Shown here in pieces: positions 1 through 9,291 of a stretch of DNA of 64,000 bases; positions within the stretch are counted from its first letter, which is position 1, and every line of letters starts with the position of its first letter. Source of the DNA: a bacterium (lineage in GTDB: Bacteria > ARS69); contig JAXLTI010000011.1 in NCBI GenBank assembly GCA_046330135.1, positions 11,848 through 75,847 of the forward strand, given 5' to 3'. Both the position numbers and the translations under genes were made by a program. Below the pieces are notes generated by a model that was not told the origin of the DNA, did not search any database, and worked only from the letters and a program-made list of their open reading frames with translations.

Positions 1-1320
1 GGGAACCGCGGTTGCGGGGTGCGGTTCGTCGGCGGGACCGTTCTCGTGGACGGCTGCCACATCACCGACGTGATCTCGCAGTTCGGCGGGGCCGGCATGG
101 CCGTCATCGGCGCGACATCGTTCATCCTGCGGAACAGCGCCCTCGACGGATGCCAAGCGAATCGCCCCATCGGAGACGCGTCGGGCGGCGCCCTCTACGT
201 CCGTGACGTCCCCGACATGCGGCTGGAGAACACGCGAATCGAAAGGTCGCAGTCTCTCCAGGCCGCCGGCCTCGTGTACCTGCAGAACACCAGCGCCACG
301 ATGACCGGCGGCACGTTCCAGGACGGGCAGGCGTCGACGAACGGCGGCGGGTTCTACCTCAGCGGCTGCCCCTCCGTCGTCTTGGATCAATGCCAATTCC
401 TGCACAATCTCGCCAACTCGCAAGGTGGGGCGATCGTGGCGCAGAGCGTCGGCAGCCTCGTGATCCGCGACAGTCGATTTCAGAGCAATCAGACCGGTCG
501 AGCCAGCGCTCACGGCCTCGGGAGCGCGCTCTGGCTCTCGTCGACGGCGTTCACGATCGAGAGGACGCAATTCGTGGGCAACCACTTCGACTCCCCGGTA
601 GTGAGCGTCGTCGCGGAGCAGGGCGGCGCCGTCTACGCCATCTCGAGCAGCGGGACGGTCAGCGAAACGTCGTTCACGGACGAGAAAGCCCTGGGGAAGG
701 GCGGCACTTGGTATCAGGTCGGCGGCGACATCCGGTTCATCCAATGCCGCTTCGTCGGATCGCAAGCGGGAGTCTTCGGCGGCGCGCTCGCCATCGAGCT
801 CGGGGGCAGCAGCACGTTCGATCATTGCCTGCTCGCGGGCGGCGTGGCGAAATTCGGCGGGGCGCTGTCCGCTTCGTTCACCGGAGGTCTCGTGCTCGAT
901 CACTGCACCGTCACCGGGAACACTGCGCGGAGCGCCGGCGCGGGCTTCTACGTCGACACCGCCGCGACAATGCGGATGACGAACACGATCGCCTGCTGCT
1001 GTCCGGCCGGCGAAGTCGTGTTCTGCCAGGGCGGCGCGGCCACGGCGGATCACTGCGACGTTTGGAACGACGACGCGGTCAACGTGCGCGTGGAGTGGGG
1101 CGGCGCGTGCCCGGATCCCACGGGCGCGAGCGGCAACCTCCGCGTCGATCCGCAGTTCTGCCCCGGCGACCCGGACTATCACCTGGCCGTCGGCTCGCCC
1201 TGCGCGGGGACGGCTTCCGACGGAAGCGACCGCGGCTGGCGGCCGGCCGGCTGCTCGCTGCCGAGTCCCACCGGAGTGGAGCCGTGGAGCTGGGGTCGGC
1301 TCAAGGCCCTCTGGCGCTGA
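1..1320 (+). CDS. Right-handed parallel beta-helix repeat protein, 5'-partial at the window edge. C-terminal Cys-rich module ends in WGRLKALWR.
   Basis: Frame 1 is open from nt 1, with no in-frame stop before the GTG at 19. Repeated G-x-A/G-rich PbH1-like turns. The C-terminus resembles the proteins at 40784..42067 and 42073..43404. Confidence 0.6.
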   Translation, partial: GNRGCGVRFVGGTVLVDGCHITDVISQFGGAGMAVIGATSFILRNSALDGCQANRPIGDASGGALYVRDVPDMRLENTRIERSQSLQAAGLVYLQNTSATMTGGTFQDGQASTNGGGFYLSGCPSVVLDQCQFLHNLANSQGGAIVAQSVGSLVIRDSRFQSNQTGRASAHGLGSALWLSSTAFTIERTQFVGNHFDSPVVSVVAEQGGAVYAISSSGTVSETSFTDEKALGKGGTWYQVGGDIRFIQCRFVGSQAGVFGGALAIELGGSSTFDHCLLAGGVAKFGGALSASFTGGLVLDHCTVTGNTARSAGAGFYVDTAATMRMTNTIACCCPAGEVVFCQGGAATADHCDVWNDDAVNVRVEWGGACPDPTGASGNLRVDPQFCPGDPDYHLAVGSPCAGTASDGSDRGWRPAGCSLPSPTGVEPWSWGRLKALWR

Positions 1321-1584
1321 GCGGCCCGTGCCCTCGCGGCCTCGGTCCGGATTGACCCTCGTCCCACGACTTTGCTAGAATTCCACCTGACGCCGTCCCG
1401 AAACAACGCCCCCCAACGAGCGGTCGTTCGAGCAGCGAGATTCGGCATCGTTTTGCCACGAAACGCTTGGAATCCTCGAACGGTCCTTGGAGACCATCGC
1501 CGGGGTCGCTCCCGGCACATCCGGACGACCCAGCTGGCCCGTCGCCTCCTTCGCCGAACGCTCCCTTGCCACGAGGTGATCTCG

Positions 1585-4500
1585 ATGTCGGCTCTCGGGA
1601 CCGCGAATCGCATCTCCCGCTTCTTCTTCACGTGCGGCCTCCTGCTGGCTGCGGCCGTCGGCCTCGGACATGTCGACGCCGCCGCGGCCGCCACACCGAC
1701 CACGCGCCTGTCCTATGACGCCACGGATGTCCGGCTGACGCAGATCGCCGGCCGCACCGAGGTCTCGATGGTGGGCCTGCTCACGGCGGGCGGCACGGAC
1801 GCGCCCGCGATGCCCATGGCGCTGCGCACCTTCGTGGTGCCCGCGGGCTACGCGGTCCGCGAGGCGCGGGTCACGCCGCGGGACGAGGTCCGGATCGCGC
1901 AGGGCGTGCACCTCGCTACGCGGGCTGCCGTGCTCGACGACCCGAACCAGGTGACCCGCGCGTTCCCGGCGGGTGCGCTCGAGGCGGACGCTCCCAGCAT
2001 TCCCGCGCGCGCGGGCCTCGCGCTCGGCGGCGGCACCGCCGGCGGCTACACGCTGCAGTCCGTGGCGGTCTTCCCGCTGCGGTGGGATCGCGCCACGGGA
2101 GACCTGTTCCTCGCCCGTACCGTGGACGTCGAGCTGGCGCTGGAGCCGGCGGCCCCGTCCGCGGATCTCGTGCGGGTCCGGCGCAATCCGGCGGCCGAGC
2201 GGGCCTTCGCGCAGGCGCTCTCCGCCGTCGTGGAGAACCCCGGGGAGCTGGCGCGCACGGACGACTGGTCGGACGACGCCGCCGGCTCCGGCTTCGCGCC
2301 GCGCGACGTTCCGAGCGTCCAGGGCAGCCCGGTGGACATGGTGATCGTCACCACGCCGGCGCTCGCGGCCAGCTTCCAGACGCTCGCCGATTGGAAGACG
2401 AAGAAGGGCGTTCCCACGGTCGTCAAGACCACCGACTGGATCGACGCGAACTACCCCGCGGGGCACGACCAGCCCGAGCGCGTCCGCGACTTCCTGAAGG
2501 ACGCGTACTCGAAGTGGGGCACGTATCTCGTGCTGATCGGCGGGGACTACACGAAGGTGCAGCCGCGTCTGGCGTTCAACCACTTCTTCTTCCAGGGCGG
2601 CACGTTGATTCCCACCGACGAGTACTACGCGTGCCTCGACGGGAATTGGAATGCGGACGGCGACGCCTACTACGGGGAAGCGCAGTACTCGGCCAACCCC
2701 ACCGCTCCCACCGACTCGGCGGACATCTATCCGGACGTCTTCCTCGGGCGCGCCTCCGTGGACACGCCCGCCGAAGTGACGACCTTCGTGAACAAGTCGT
2801 TGACGTACGAGAAGACGCCGCCGGCCGGCTACGTCCAGACCGTGGGGTATCTCGCGGAGGTGCTGTTCCCGCAGAACTGGGTCTACGGAGATCCGCCCGA
2901 GCAGATCACCCTGGACGGCAAGACGCTCGCCGAGCAGCTGGACCTGCAGATCCCGGGCAACTGGACCCGCTTCAAGCACTACCAGTCGGAGAACAACGAG
3001 GATCGCACCATCGCGCTCGCCGAGCTGACGGGCCACCATCACATGGTGGTGCTGGTCAACCACGGGGACGCGTTCAAGTTCTCGTGCGGCAACGGCAGCA
3101 ACCCGCTCGTGTACATCGCGGACACCGACACGCTGCACAACGCCAACTACCTCAGCTTCGTGCTGGCCACCGCCTGCAACCCGAACCAGATCGACCTCGA
3201 GTGCCAGGGCGAGAGCCTCATGAACAACCCGAACGGCGGCGCCGTGGCGGTCGTGGGGCCCACGCGGGAAGACTTCCCCGTCTCCGCGAACGCCTTCCAC
3301 CAGGAGATGTTGAACGTCTGCTTCGCCGGACACGACACGCAGTTCGGCGTGATGACCCAGGTGGAGCGGATCCCGTTCGCCGCGGCCGCGCAGACGGACA
3401 ACACGCCGGACCGCTGGACGTTGCTCACGAAGATGCTGCTGGGAGACCCGGATCTCCGCCTCTGGACCAGGGAGCCGGGCACGCTCACCGTGTCGCATCC
3501 CGCCAGCCTGGCGCTCGGGACCGCCTCGGTGACGGTGACCGTGCAGGACACCGGCGTTCCCGTCCCGAACGCGCTGGTGTGCGTGCGTGACACGCACGGG
3601 ACCTACACGCGCGGTCTGACCAACGCGGCCGGCTCGGCCACGCTGGCGCTCTCCAGCACGCAAACCGGAACGGTGGACGTGACCGTGACGGCGCTGGACC
3701 ACAAGCCGAAGGAAGACACGTTCACGCTCACGGCGGCCGCGGGCGCGGTCGTGGCGCTGCAGAGCTCCGCGTACAACGACGATGCGGTCCCGCCGTCCAA
3801 CGGCAACGGCGACGGCAAGCTCGACGCCGGGGAGACCGTGGAGCTGAACCTCACCGCGCGCAACGGCGGCACGGCCACGGCGAACGGAGTCACCGTCACG
3901 GCGAGCGTCGGCACGGGCTCCAACGCCGTCTTTGACCTCCTCTACAAGGGTGTCCGCGACGTGTCGCGCGTGTACGTCGGTCCGAACCGGGTGCACCCGG
4001 CCACGATCCCCTTCACGCTGGACTTCGCGAATCCGTTGATCGAGTACATCGGGACGCCGTCGATGGCTTTCGCGGCGGACACCAGCTCCGGCGACCACGG
4101 TATCTTCGTGTGGCAGGACGACGAGGCGTGGCACGTGCGCTGGGGCGGCGGCGCGGATTCCATCGCCGTCAACGGCACCGTGACCACGAACGGGCAGGTG
4201 CGAGGGCTGCGCGCGCTCGACATCGAGGCGCCCACGGACTCGGCGGGGATCGGCGGCGGCGGCACCACGCTCACGTTCGTCGGCTCCACGCACGCGGCCG
4301 ACCTGTACGACGGGGTGGACTTCGACCTCGCCGACAACACCATGCTGTCCATCGTCAACCCCAGCGCGAACCTCGGCAACATCGCCGCAGGCGCCACCGC
4401 GAACGGGACGGTCGTGTTCTCGATCGCGTCGAACGCGCGGGACGGTCAGTTGGGGTACGTGGACCTGCTGTTCAACTCCACGTCGCTCGCCACCTGGAAC

Positions 4501-6765
4501 GCGGTCGTGCCGGTCATCTTCAACGGGCCCTCCCTCGAGGCCATCGTTTCCGTCGTGAACGACGGGAACGCTCCGCCGGTCAACGGCGACGGGGACGGGG
4601 TGATCGAGGTCGGGGAGACCGTGCGGGTCACGCCGACCGTGCTGAACCGTGGCACGGGCCAAGCCGATGGCGTGGTCGGAACGGCCACGGCGGGCGCCGG
4701 CATCACGTTCATCGATTCGTCCGACAGCTACGGCAGCATTCCGGCGCTCGGCCAGACGAGCGGGACGAACGGCTACGTGTTCACCGTGAACAACGCCAGC
4801 GGGACGTCCATCACGCTCAACCTGGCGGACTCGCGGGGCCGGCACTGGATCAAGACGCTGGACTTCGTTGCTCCTCCGGCGCCCACGGGCGTGACGTTCA
4901 CGTCGAACTCCACGGACATCAACATCGCCTGGGCCGCGGACAGCGCCACGGCCGATCTCGCGGGCTACCGCGTGTACCGGAGCGCGTCCAGCGGCGGACC
5001 CTTCACGGTCCGGAGCTTCGAGCTGCTGCGAAACGGCAGCACGTACGTGGATGGGGGTCTCTCGCTCGGCTCGGGCTTCTACTACCAGGTATCGTCGGTG
5101 GACTCCTCGGGGAACGAGAGCGCGCACTCGTCCACGCTGTTCGCATACACCACGCAGCCGCAGGCCCCCGGCTGGCCCAAGCTGGCCGGAGGCAACGTCT
5201 TCGCTTCCCTCGTGATGGCGAACGGGGACGGCCTGGGAGCCAGCGAGCTCTACGCCGCGTCACAGAACTTCAACCTGTACGCCTGGGAGGCGGACGGGAC
5301 GCCGCTCGCGAACTTCCCGCCGCTCTCCGGCACGAGCACGAACGGCCAGATCTGGTCCACGCCCACGTTGGCGGACCTCAACAACGACGGGAATCTCGAG
5401 GTGCTCTGCGGATCGGATGACGGGAAGTACTACGTGCTCAAGCATGACGGCACGCCGTACTACGCGAATCCCTGGCTCTTCGACACGCTGGGCATCGGCG
5501 TGCGCGGCACGGGGACCGTGACCGACATCGACCACAACGGGTCGCTGGAGATCTTCGTGGGCAGCGACCTGGGCGCCTTGTACGCCTTCAACGCGAACGG
5601 CACCGGACTGACGCAGCCGAGCGGGGTCTTCCACCAGACCGCGAACGGCTCGGGGCAGACCGGGAATCCGTCCATCTGGGGGCCGTGCGCGGTCGCGGAC
5701 CTCGACGGGGACGGGATCAAGGAGATCGCCTTCGGCTGCTGGAACGACTCCCTCTTCGTGTGCCGCGCGAACGGCACCAACTACCCCGGCTTCCCGAAGA
5801 AGCTGCCGAACGACATGCGCAACGGTCCGGTGTTCGCGGATCTGGACGGCGACGGGAAGAAGGAGCTGATGGTCGGCTGCATCGACGGCAAGATCTACGC
5901 GTACAGGTGGGACGGCTCGAACTACCTGCCGGGCGGCGTGTTCGCCACCCTTCCGCTGGACATCCGCTGCCAGCCCACGCCTTGCCAGCTGGACGGCGAT
6001 CGGCCGCTCGAGGTGGTGGTGCCGTGCTACGACGGGCACATCTACGCGTTCAACGCCGACGGCACGGGCTTCCTGCACCCGAACGGCCGCTTCGCCACGG
6101 TGGACAGCACCAACAGCAGCGGCGGCTTCACCGCCAGCGCCATCGTCTGCGACGTGGACGGCGACGGTCAGATGGAGATCTTCGTCGGCCACCACGACGG
6201 GAAGTTCTACGGCTTCCACGCGAACGGAACGTCCATCGTCGGATTCCCGATTCCCACCTCCAAGGAGATCTTCGCGACGGCGTGTGCGGCGGATCTGGAC
6301 AACGACGGGAAGGTGGAGATCGCGTTCGCGTCGTACGACCAGACGGTGAACGTGCTCGACTTCAACGGGGCGTCCACTCCGGCCGCGTACCAGTGGCCGA
6401 TGTACGGCGGGAACCGGTTCCACACCTCGGTGTGGGGCGATGCGCTGCCGGCCACGGGAGTGAATCCCGGCCAGCCTGCGCAGCTCGCCTTCGCGATGCC
6501 GCAGAACGAGCCGAACCCGTTCGGCACCGGCACCACGATCCGCTACTCGCTGCCCAAGGACGGCAAGGTCCTGCTGCGCATCTACAACGTCGGCGGGCAG
6601 CTCGTGCGCACGCTGATCGACGAGGATGTCGCCGCCGGCGCGCATGCGATCACGTGGGATGGTCGCGACGGGCAAGGCGCGCGCCTCTCCACCGGCGTGT
6701 ACTTCTATCGCCTCGACGCGGCGGGCTTCGGGTCGCTCACGCGGAAGGCTCTCTACCTGCGCTAG
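1585..6765 (+). CDS. Giant secreted peptidase C25 (gingipain-like) with FG-GAP/VCBS-type repeats, an FN3-like region and a T9SS-type/FlgD-Ig-like C-terminal sorting domain.
   Basis: ATG at 1585 follows GAGGTGA. Signal peptide MSALGTANRISRFFFTCGLLLAAAVG. C25-like block VIVTTPALAASFQTLADWKTKKG...YLVLIGGDYTKVQP. Many 'DxDGDGxxE' FG-GAP-like repeats. Terminal NPFGTGTTIRYSLPKDGKVLLRIYNVGGQLVRTL...GVYFYRL...KALYLR. Confidence 0.8.
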   Translation: MSALGTANRISRFFFTCGLLLAAAVGLGHVDAAAAATPTTRLSYDATDVRLTQIAGRTEVSMVGLLTAGGTDAPAMPMALRTFVVPAGYAVREARVTPRDEVRIAQGVHLATRAAVLDDPNQVTRAFPAGALEADAPSIPARAGLALGGGTAGGYTLQSVAVFPLRWDRATGDLFLARTVDVELALEPAAPSADLVRVRRNPAAERAFAQALSAVVENPGELARTDDWSDDAAGSGFAPRDVPSVQGSPVDMVIVTTPALAASFQTLADWKTKKGVPTVVKTTDWIDANYPAGHDQPERVRDFLKDAYSKWGTYLVLIGGDYTKVQPRLAFNHFFFQGGTLIPTDEYYACLDGNWNADGDAYYGEAQYSANPTAPTDSADIYPDVFLGRASVDTPAEVTTFVNKSLTYEKTPPAGYVQTVGYLAEVLFPQNWVYGDPPEQITLDGKTLAEQLDLQIPGNWTRFKHYQSENNEDRTIALAELTGHHHMVVLVNHGDAFKFSCGNGSNPLVYIADTDTLHNANYLSFVLATACNPNQIDLECQGESLMNNPNGGAVAVVGPTREDFPVSANAFHQEMLNVCFAGHDTQFGVMTQVERIPFAAAAQTDNTPDRWTLLTKMLLGDPDLRLWTREPGTLTVSHPASLALGTASVTVTVQDTGVPVPNALVCVRDTHGTYTRGLTNAAGSATLALSSTQTGTVDVTVTALDHKPKEDTFTLTAAAGAVVALQSSAYNDDAVPPSNGNGDGKLDAGETVELNLTARNGGTATANGVTVTASVGTGSNAVFDLLYKGVRDVSRVYVGPNRVHPATIPFTLDFANPLIEYIGTPSMAFAADTSSGDHGIFVWQDDEAWHVRWGGGADSIAVNGTVTTNGQVRGLRALDIEAPTDSAGIGGGGTTLTFVGSTHAADLYDGVDFDLADNTMLSIVNPSANLGNIAAGATANGTVVFSIASNARDGQLGYVDLLFNSTSLATWNAVVPVIFNGPSLEAIVSVVNDGNAPPVNGDGDGVIEVGETVRVTPTVLNRGTGQADGVVGTATAGAGITFIDSSDSYGSIPALGQTSGTNGYVFTVNNASGTSITLNLADSRGRHWIKTLDFVAPPAPTGVTFTSNSTDINIAWAADSATADLAGYRVYRSASSGGPFTVRSFELLRNGSTYVDGGLSLGSGFYYQVSSVDSSGNESAHSSTLFAYTTQPQAPGWPKLAGGNVFASLVMANGDGLGASELYAASQNFNLYAWEADGTPLANFPPLSGTSTNGQIWSTPTLADLNNDGNLEVLCGSDDGKYYVLKHDGTPYYANPWLFDTLGIGVRGTGTVTDIDHNGSLEIFVGSDLGALYAFNANGTGLTQPSGVFHQTANGSGQTGNPSIWGPCAVADLDGDGIKEIAFGCWNDSLFVCRANGTNYPGFPKKLPNDMRNGPVFADLDGDGKKELMVGCIDGKIYAYRWDGSNYLPGGVFATLPLDIRCQPTPCQLDGDRPLEVVVPCYDGHIYAFNADGTGFLHPNGRFATVDSTNSSGGFTASAIVCDVDGDGQMEIFVGHHDGKFYGFHANGTSIVGFPIPTSKEIFATACAADLDNDGKVEIAFASYDQTVNVLDFNGASTPAAYQWPMYGGNRFHTSVWGDALPATGVNPGQPAQLAFAMPQNEPNPFGTGTTIRYSLPKDGKVLLRIYNVGGQLVRTLIDEDVAAGAHAITWDGRDGQGARLSTGVYFYRLDAAGFGSLTRKALYLR

Positions 6766-6903
6766 ACGTCTCGCGCGGTTCGGTCCTGCGAGGGCCGGGA
6801 GCTTCGGCTCCCGGCCCTTTCTTCGTCGGGCGTCCGCCGGGCGATGCGGGCGTCCCCCGAGCCGCGTTGACACCGAACGACCGCCGCCCGATGCTCTCCG
6901 GCC

Positions 6904-8328
6904 ATGCGCCGCACGAAGATCGTCGCCACGCTCGGCCCCGCCTCGTCGGATCCGGCGATGCTCGATCGCCTCGTCGCGGCCGGCGTGGACGTGTTCCGCT
7001 TGAATTACTCGCACGGCACGCCGGAAGGCCATGCCGCGGTGGCGGCCGCCGTGCGCGAGGCCGCGCTGCGCGCGGGGCGCGAGGTGGCGCTCCTCCAGGA
7101 CCTCGGCGGCCCGAAGATCCGCACCGGCGAGATCGACGGCGGCGAGACCCTCGAGCTGTTCGACGGCGCCGAGGTGCTGCTCGGCCGGGACGCCGGCCCC
7201 GTTCGGCCGGGCCGGCTCACCACCACGCTGCCCGCGCTCGTCGACGAGCTGGCTCCCGGCGAGCGCGTCCTGCTGCGCGACGGGCGCATCCTCCTGCGCG
7301 TGGTGTCGCGCGAGGGGGACGCGGTGCGCTTGCGCGTGGAGCGGGGGGGAACCCTCGTGAGTCGCAGCGGCGTGAACCTCCCGGACACGCGGCTCTCGGT
7401 GCCTTCGCTCGAGCCGAAGGACGCGAGCGATCTCGCGCACGGTCTCGACCTCGGCGCGGACATCACCGCGTTGAGCTTCGTCCGTCGAGCGGCGGACCTC
7501 GCCCCGCCGCGCGAGATCGCGCAGCGGCGCGGGCGCGACCTCTTCCTCGTGGCGAAGATCGAGAAGCCCGAGGCGGTCGAGAACCTGGACGCCATCCTGG
7601 AGAAGGCGGACGCCGTGATGGTGGCGCGCGGCGATCTCGGCGTGGAGATCCCCGCGGAGGACGTGCCCCTCGTGCAGAAGCGCATCATCCACGCGGCGAA
7701 CGCTCGCCGGGTCCCCGTGATCACCGCCACTCAGATGCTCGAGTCCATGGTGGAGAGCCCCGTCCCCACGCGCGCGGAGGCCTCCGACGTGGCGAACGCC
7801 ATCCTCGACGGCACCGACGCGGTGATGCTCTCCGCGGAGACGGCCACCGGCCGTTACCCGGAGGAGGCGGTCCGCACGATGGTGCGCATCGCCGAGAAGG
7901 TCGACGTTCCCCTGCGCGATCCCGCCCGCCGCCTCCGCTCCGAGGGGCGCTGCCTCCCGCCGCCGGAGGCCGTCGCGCGCGCGGCGAGCCGCGCCGCGGA
8001 GGACGTTGCCGCGAAGGCCATCGTGGTCTACACGGAGTCCGGCTCCACGGCCCGTCTGCTCTCCTCTCAGCGGCCGCACGTGCCCATCTTCGCGCTCTCG
8101 CCGGAGATCTCCACGGTCCGGCGGCTGCGACTCTCCTGGGGCGTCTTCCCGCAGCTCATGCCGCGAGTCGACCGGATGGCGGACATGCTGGGCCTCGGCG
8201 AGCGGCTCCTCGTGGACGCCCAGCGAGTGAGCCCGGGCGACCGCATCGTGGTCGTCTCCGGCTCGCGGGCCGCCAACCGGGGCGGCACCAACATGATGAA
8301 GATCCTGACCGTGGGCGAGCTGGACTGA
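6904..8328 (+). CDS. pyk: Pyruvate kinase
   Basis: MRRTKIVATLGPASSDPAMLDRLVAAGVDVFRLNYSHGT...; 474 aa, a typical PK length with its N-terminal motifs. Confidence 0.93.
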   Translation: MRRTKIVATLGPASSDPAMLDRLVAAGVDVFRLNYSHGTPEGHAAVAAAVREAALRAGREVALLQDLGGPKIRTGEIDGGETLELFDGAEVLLGRDAGPVRPGRLTTTLPALVDELAPGERVLLRDGRILLRVVSREGDAVRLRVERGGTLVSRSGVNLPDTRLSVPSLEPKDASDLAHGLDLGADITALSFVRRAADLAPPREIAQRRGRDLFLVAKIEKPEAVENLDAILEKADAVMVARGDLGVEIPAEDVPLVQKRIIHAANARRVPVITATQMLESMVESPVPTRAEASDVANAILDGTDAVMLSAETATGRYPEEAVRTMVRIAEKVDVPLRDPARRLRSEGRCLPPPEAVARAASRAAEDVAAKAIVVYTESGSTARLLSSQRPHVPIFALSPEISTVRRLRLSWGVFPQLMPRVDRMADMLGLGERLLVDAQRVSPGDRIVVVSGSRAANRGGTNMMKILTVGELD

Positions 8329-8424
8329 CCTCACCCTCCCGAGGGCGCGCCGCTCGTCAAGACCGGCCTCCCGTTTGCCGATTCTCCGACCGGAGCGCAC
8401 CCACCCTCACGGGGAGCCCGGTTC

Positions 8425-9291
8425 TTGGATCCGTCCGCCCTTTCCGCGAAGCGCGACCTCCTGTTCCACGATCTGGCGGCGCTGCGGAATCTCCCTCCGG
8501 CGCCCCGCACGCTCGACGACGTGTGGCGCGTCCTCGGGGAGGAGTCCTCCTCCGCGAGCGCTCTGGCCGACGTGCTCCAGCGCGACCCTGCACTCACCGC
8601 GAAGGTCCTGCGCCTGGCGAATTCCGCGTACTACGGCCTCCCGCGTCCCGCGTCGGAAGTACGCGCCGCCTGCCTGATCCTCGGCTTCGACACGATCCGC
8701 GCGCTCGCCGTGGGCGTGACGGTCCTCGACTCGCTGTCGCGAAGCGTGTCCGAGACGCTCGACCTCGACGCGTTCTGGCGGCACTCGGTGGGAGTGGCCA
8801 CCGCCGCCCAAGCGCTCGCCCGGCGCAACGGCATGGACGCCGGCGCGGCGTTCTGCGCGGGTGTGCTGCACGACCTCGGCAAGCTGATCCTCGTGACGCT
8901 CGGTCCGGCGCGCTGGCGACGCTTCGCCTCGGCGCAGCCGACGGCCGGCGACTCCGCGGAGATCGCGGAGTTCGGCGCCGGCCACGCCGAGGTGGGCGCG
9001 TGGCTCGGCGCTCGATGGCACTTCCCGGCCGAGCTGCTGGAGGCGATCGGCGACCACCACTCGCCGGCCCCGGCCATCGGCCGCTGGGGAGCGCTCGTGA
9101 GATTGGCCGACGGCATCGCGTACCGCGGCGGCTGCCCTTCGCCCGGTCCCGGCGCGCCGGCGGCCGCCGATCCCGCGCTCCTCGCCAAGCTCGTCATCGA
9201 TCCCGAGGCGTTCGCCGCCGTCGAGAACGGCTTCGCGTTCTCGCTCGAGCGCGTGGAGGCCTTCGCGGAAGCCGCGCGGAGCGCCCCATGA
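8425..9291 (+). CDS. HDOD domain signalling protein
   Basis: LANSAYYGLPRPASEVRAACLILGFDTIRALAVGV...HDLGKLIL matches the HDOD (HD-related output) domain. The stop overlaps the next gene's start (ATGA). Confidence 0.7.
   Translation: MDPSALSAKRDLLFHDLAALRNLPPAPRTLDDVWRVLGEESSSASALADVLQRDPALTAKVLRLANSAYYGLPRPASEVRAACLILGFDTIRALAVGVTVLDSLSRSVSETLDLDAFWRHSVGVATAAQALARRNGMDAGAAFCAGVLHDLGKLILVTLGPARWRRFASAQPTAGDSAEIAEFGAGHAEVGAWLGARWHFPAELLEAIGDHHSPAPAIGRWGALVRLADGIAYRGGCPSPGPGAPAAADPALLAKLVIDPEAFAAVENGFAFSLERVEAFAEAARSAP

Noticed and set aside
1375-5127. 1250-aa minus-strand ORF antisense to the C25 peptidase gene (also 5260..8400 and 8631..10889 minus)
   Set aside because: Antisense to strongly supported genes. 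The translations are R/G/D/E/V repetitive with no domain. These are GC3-driven open frames.
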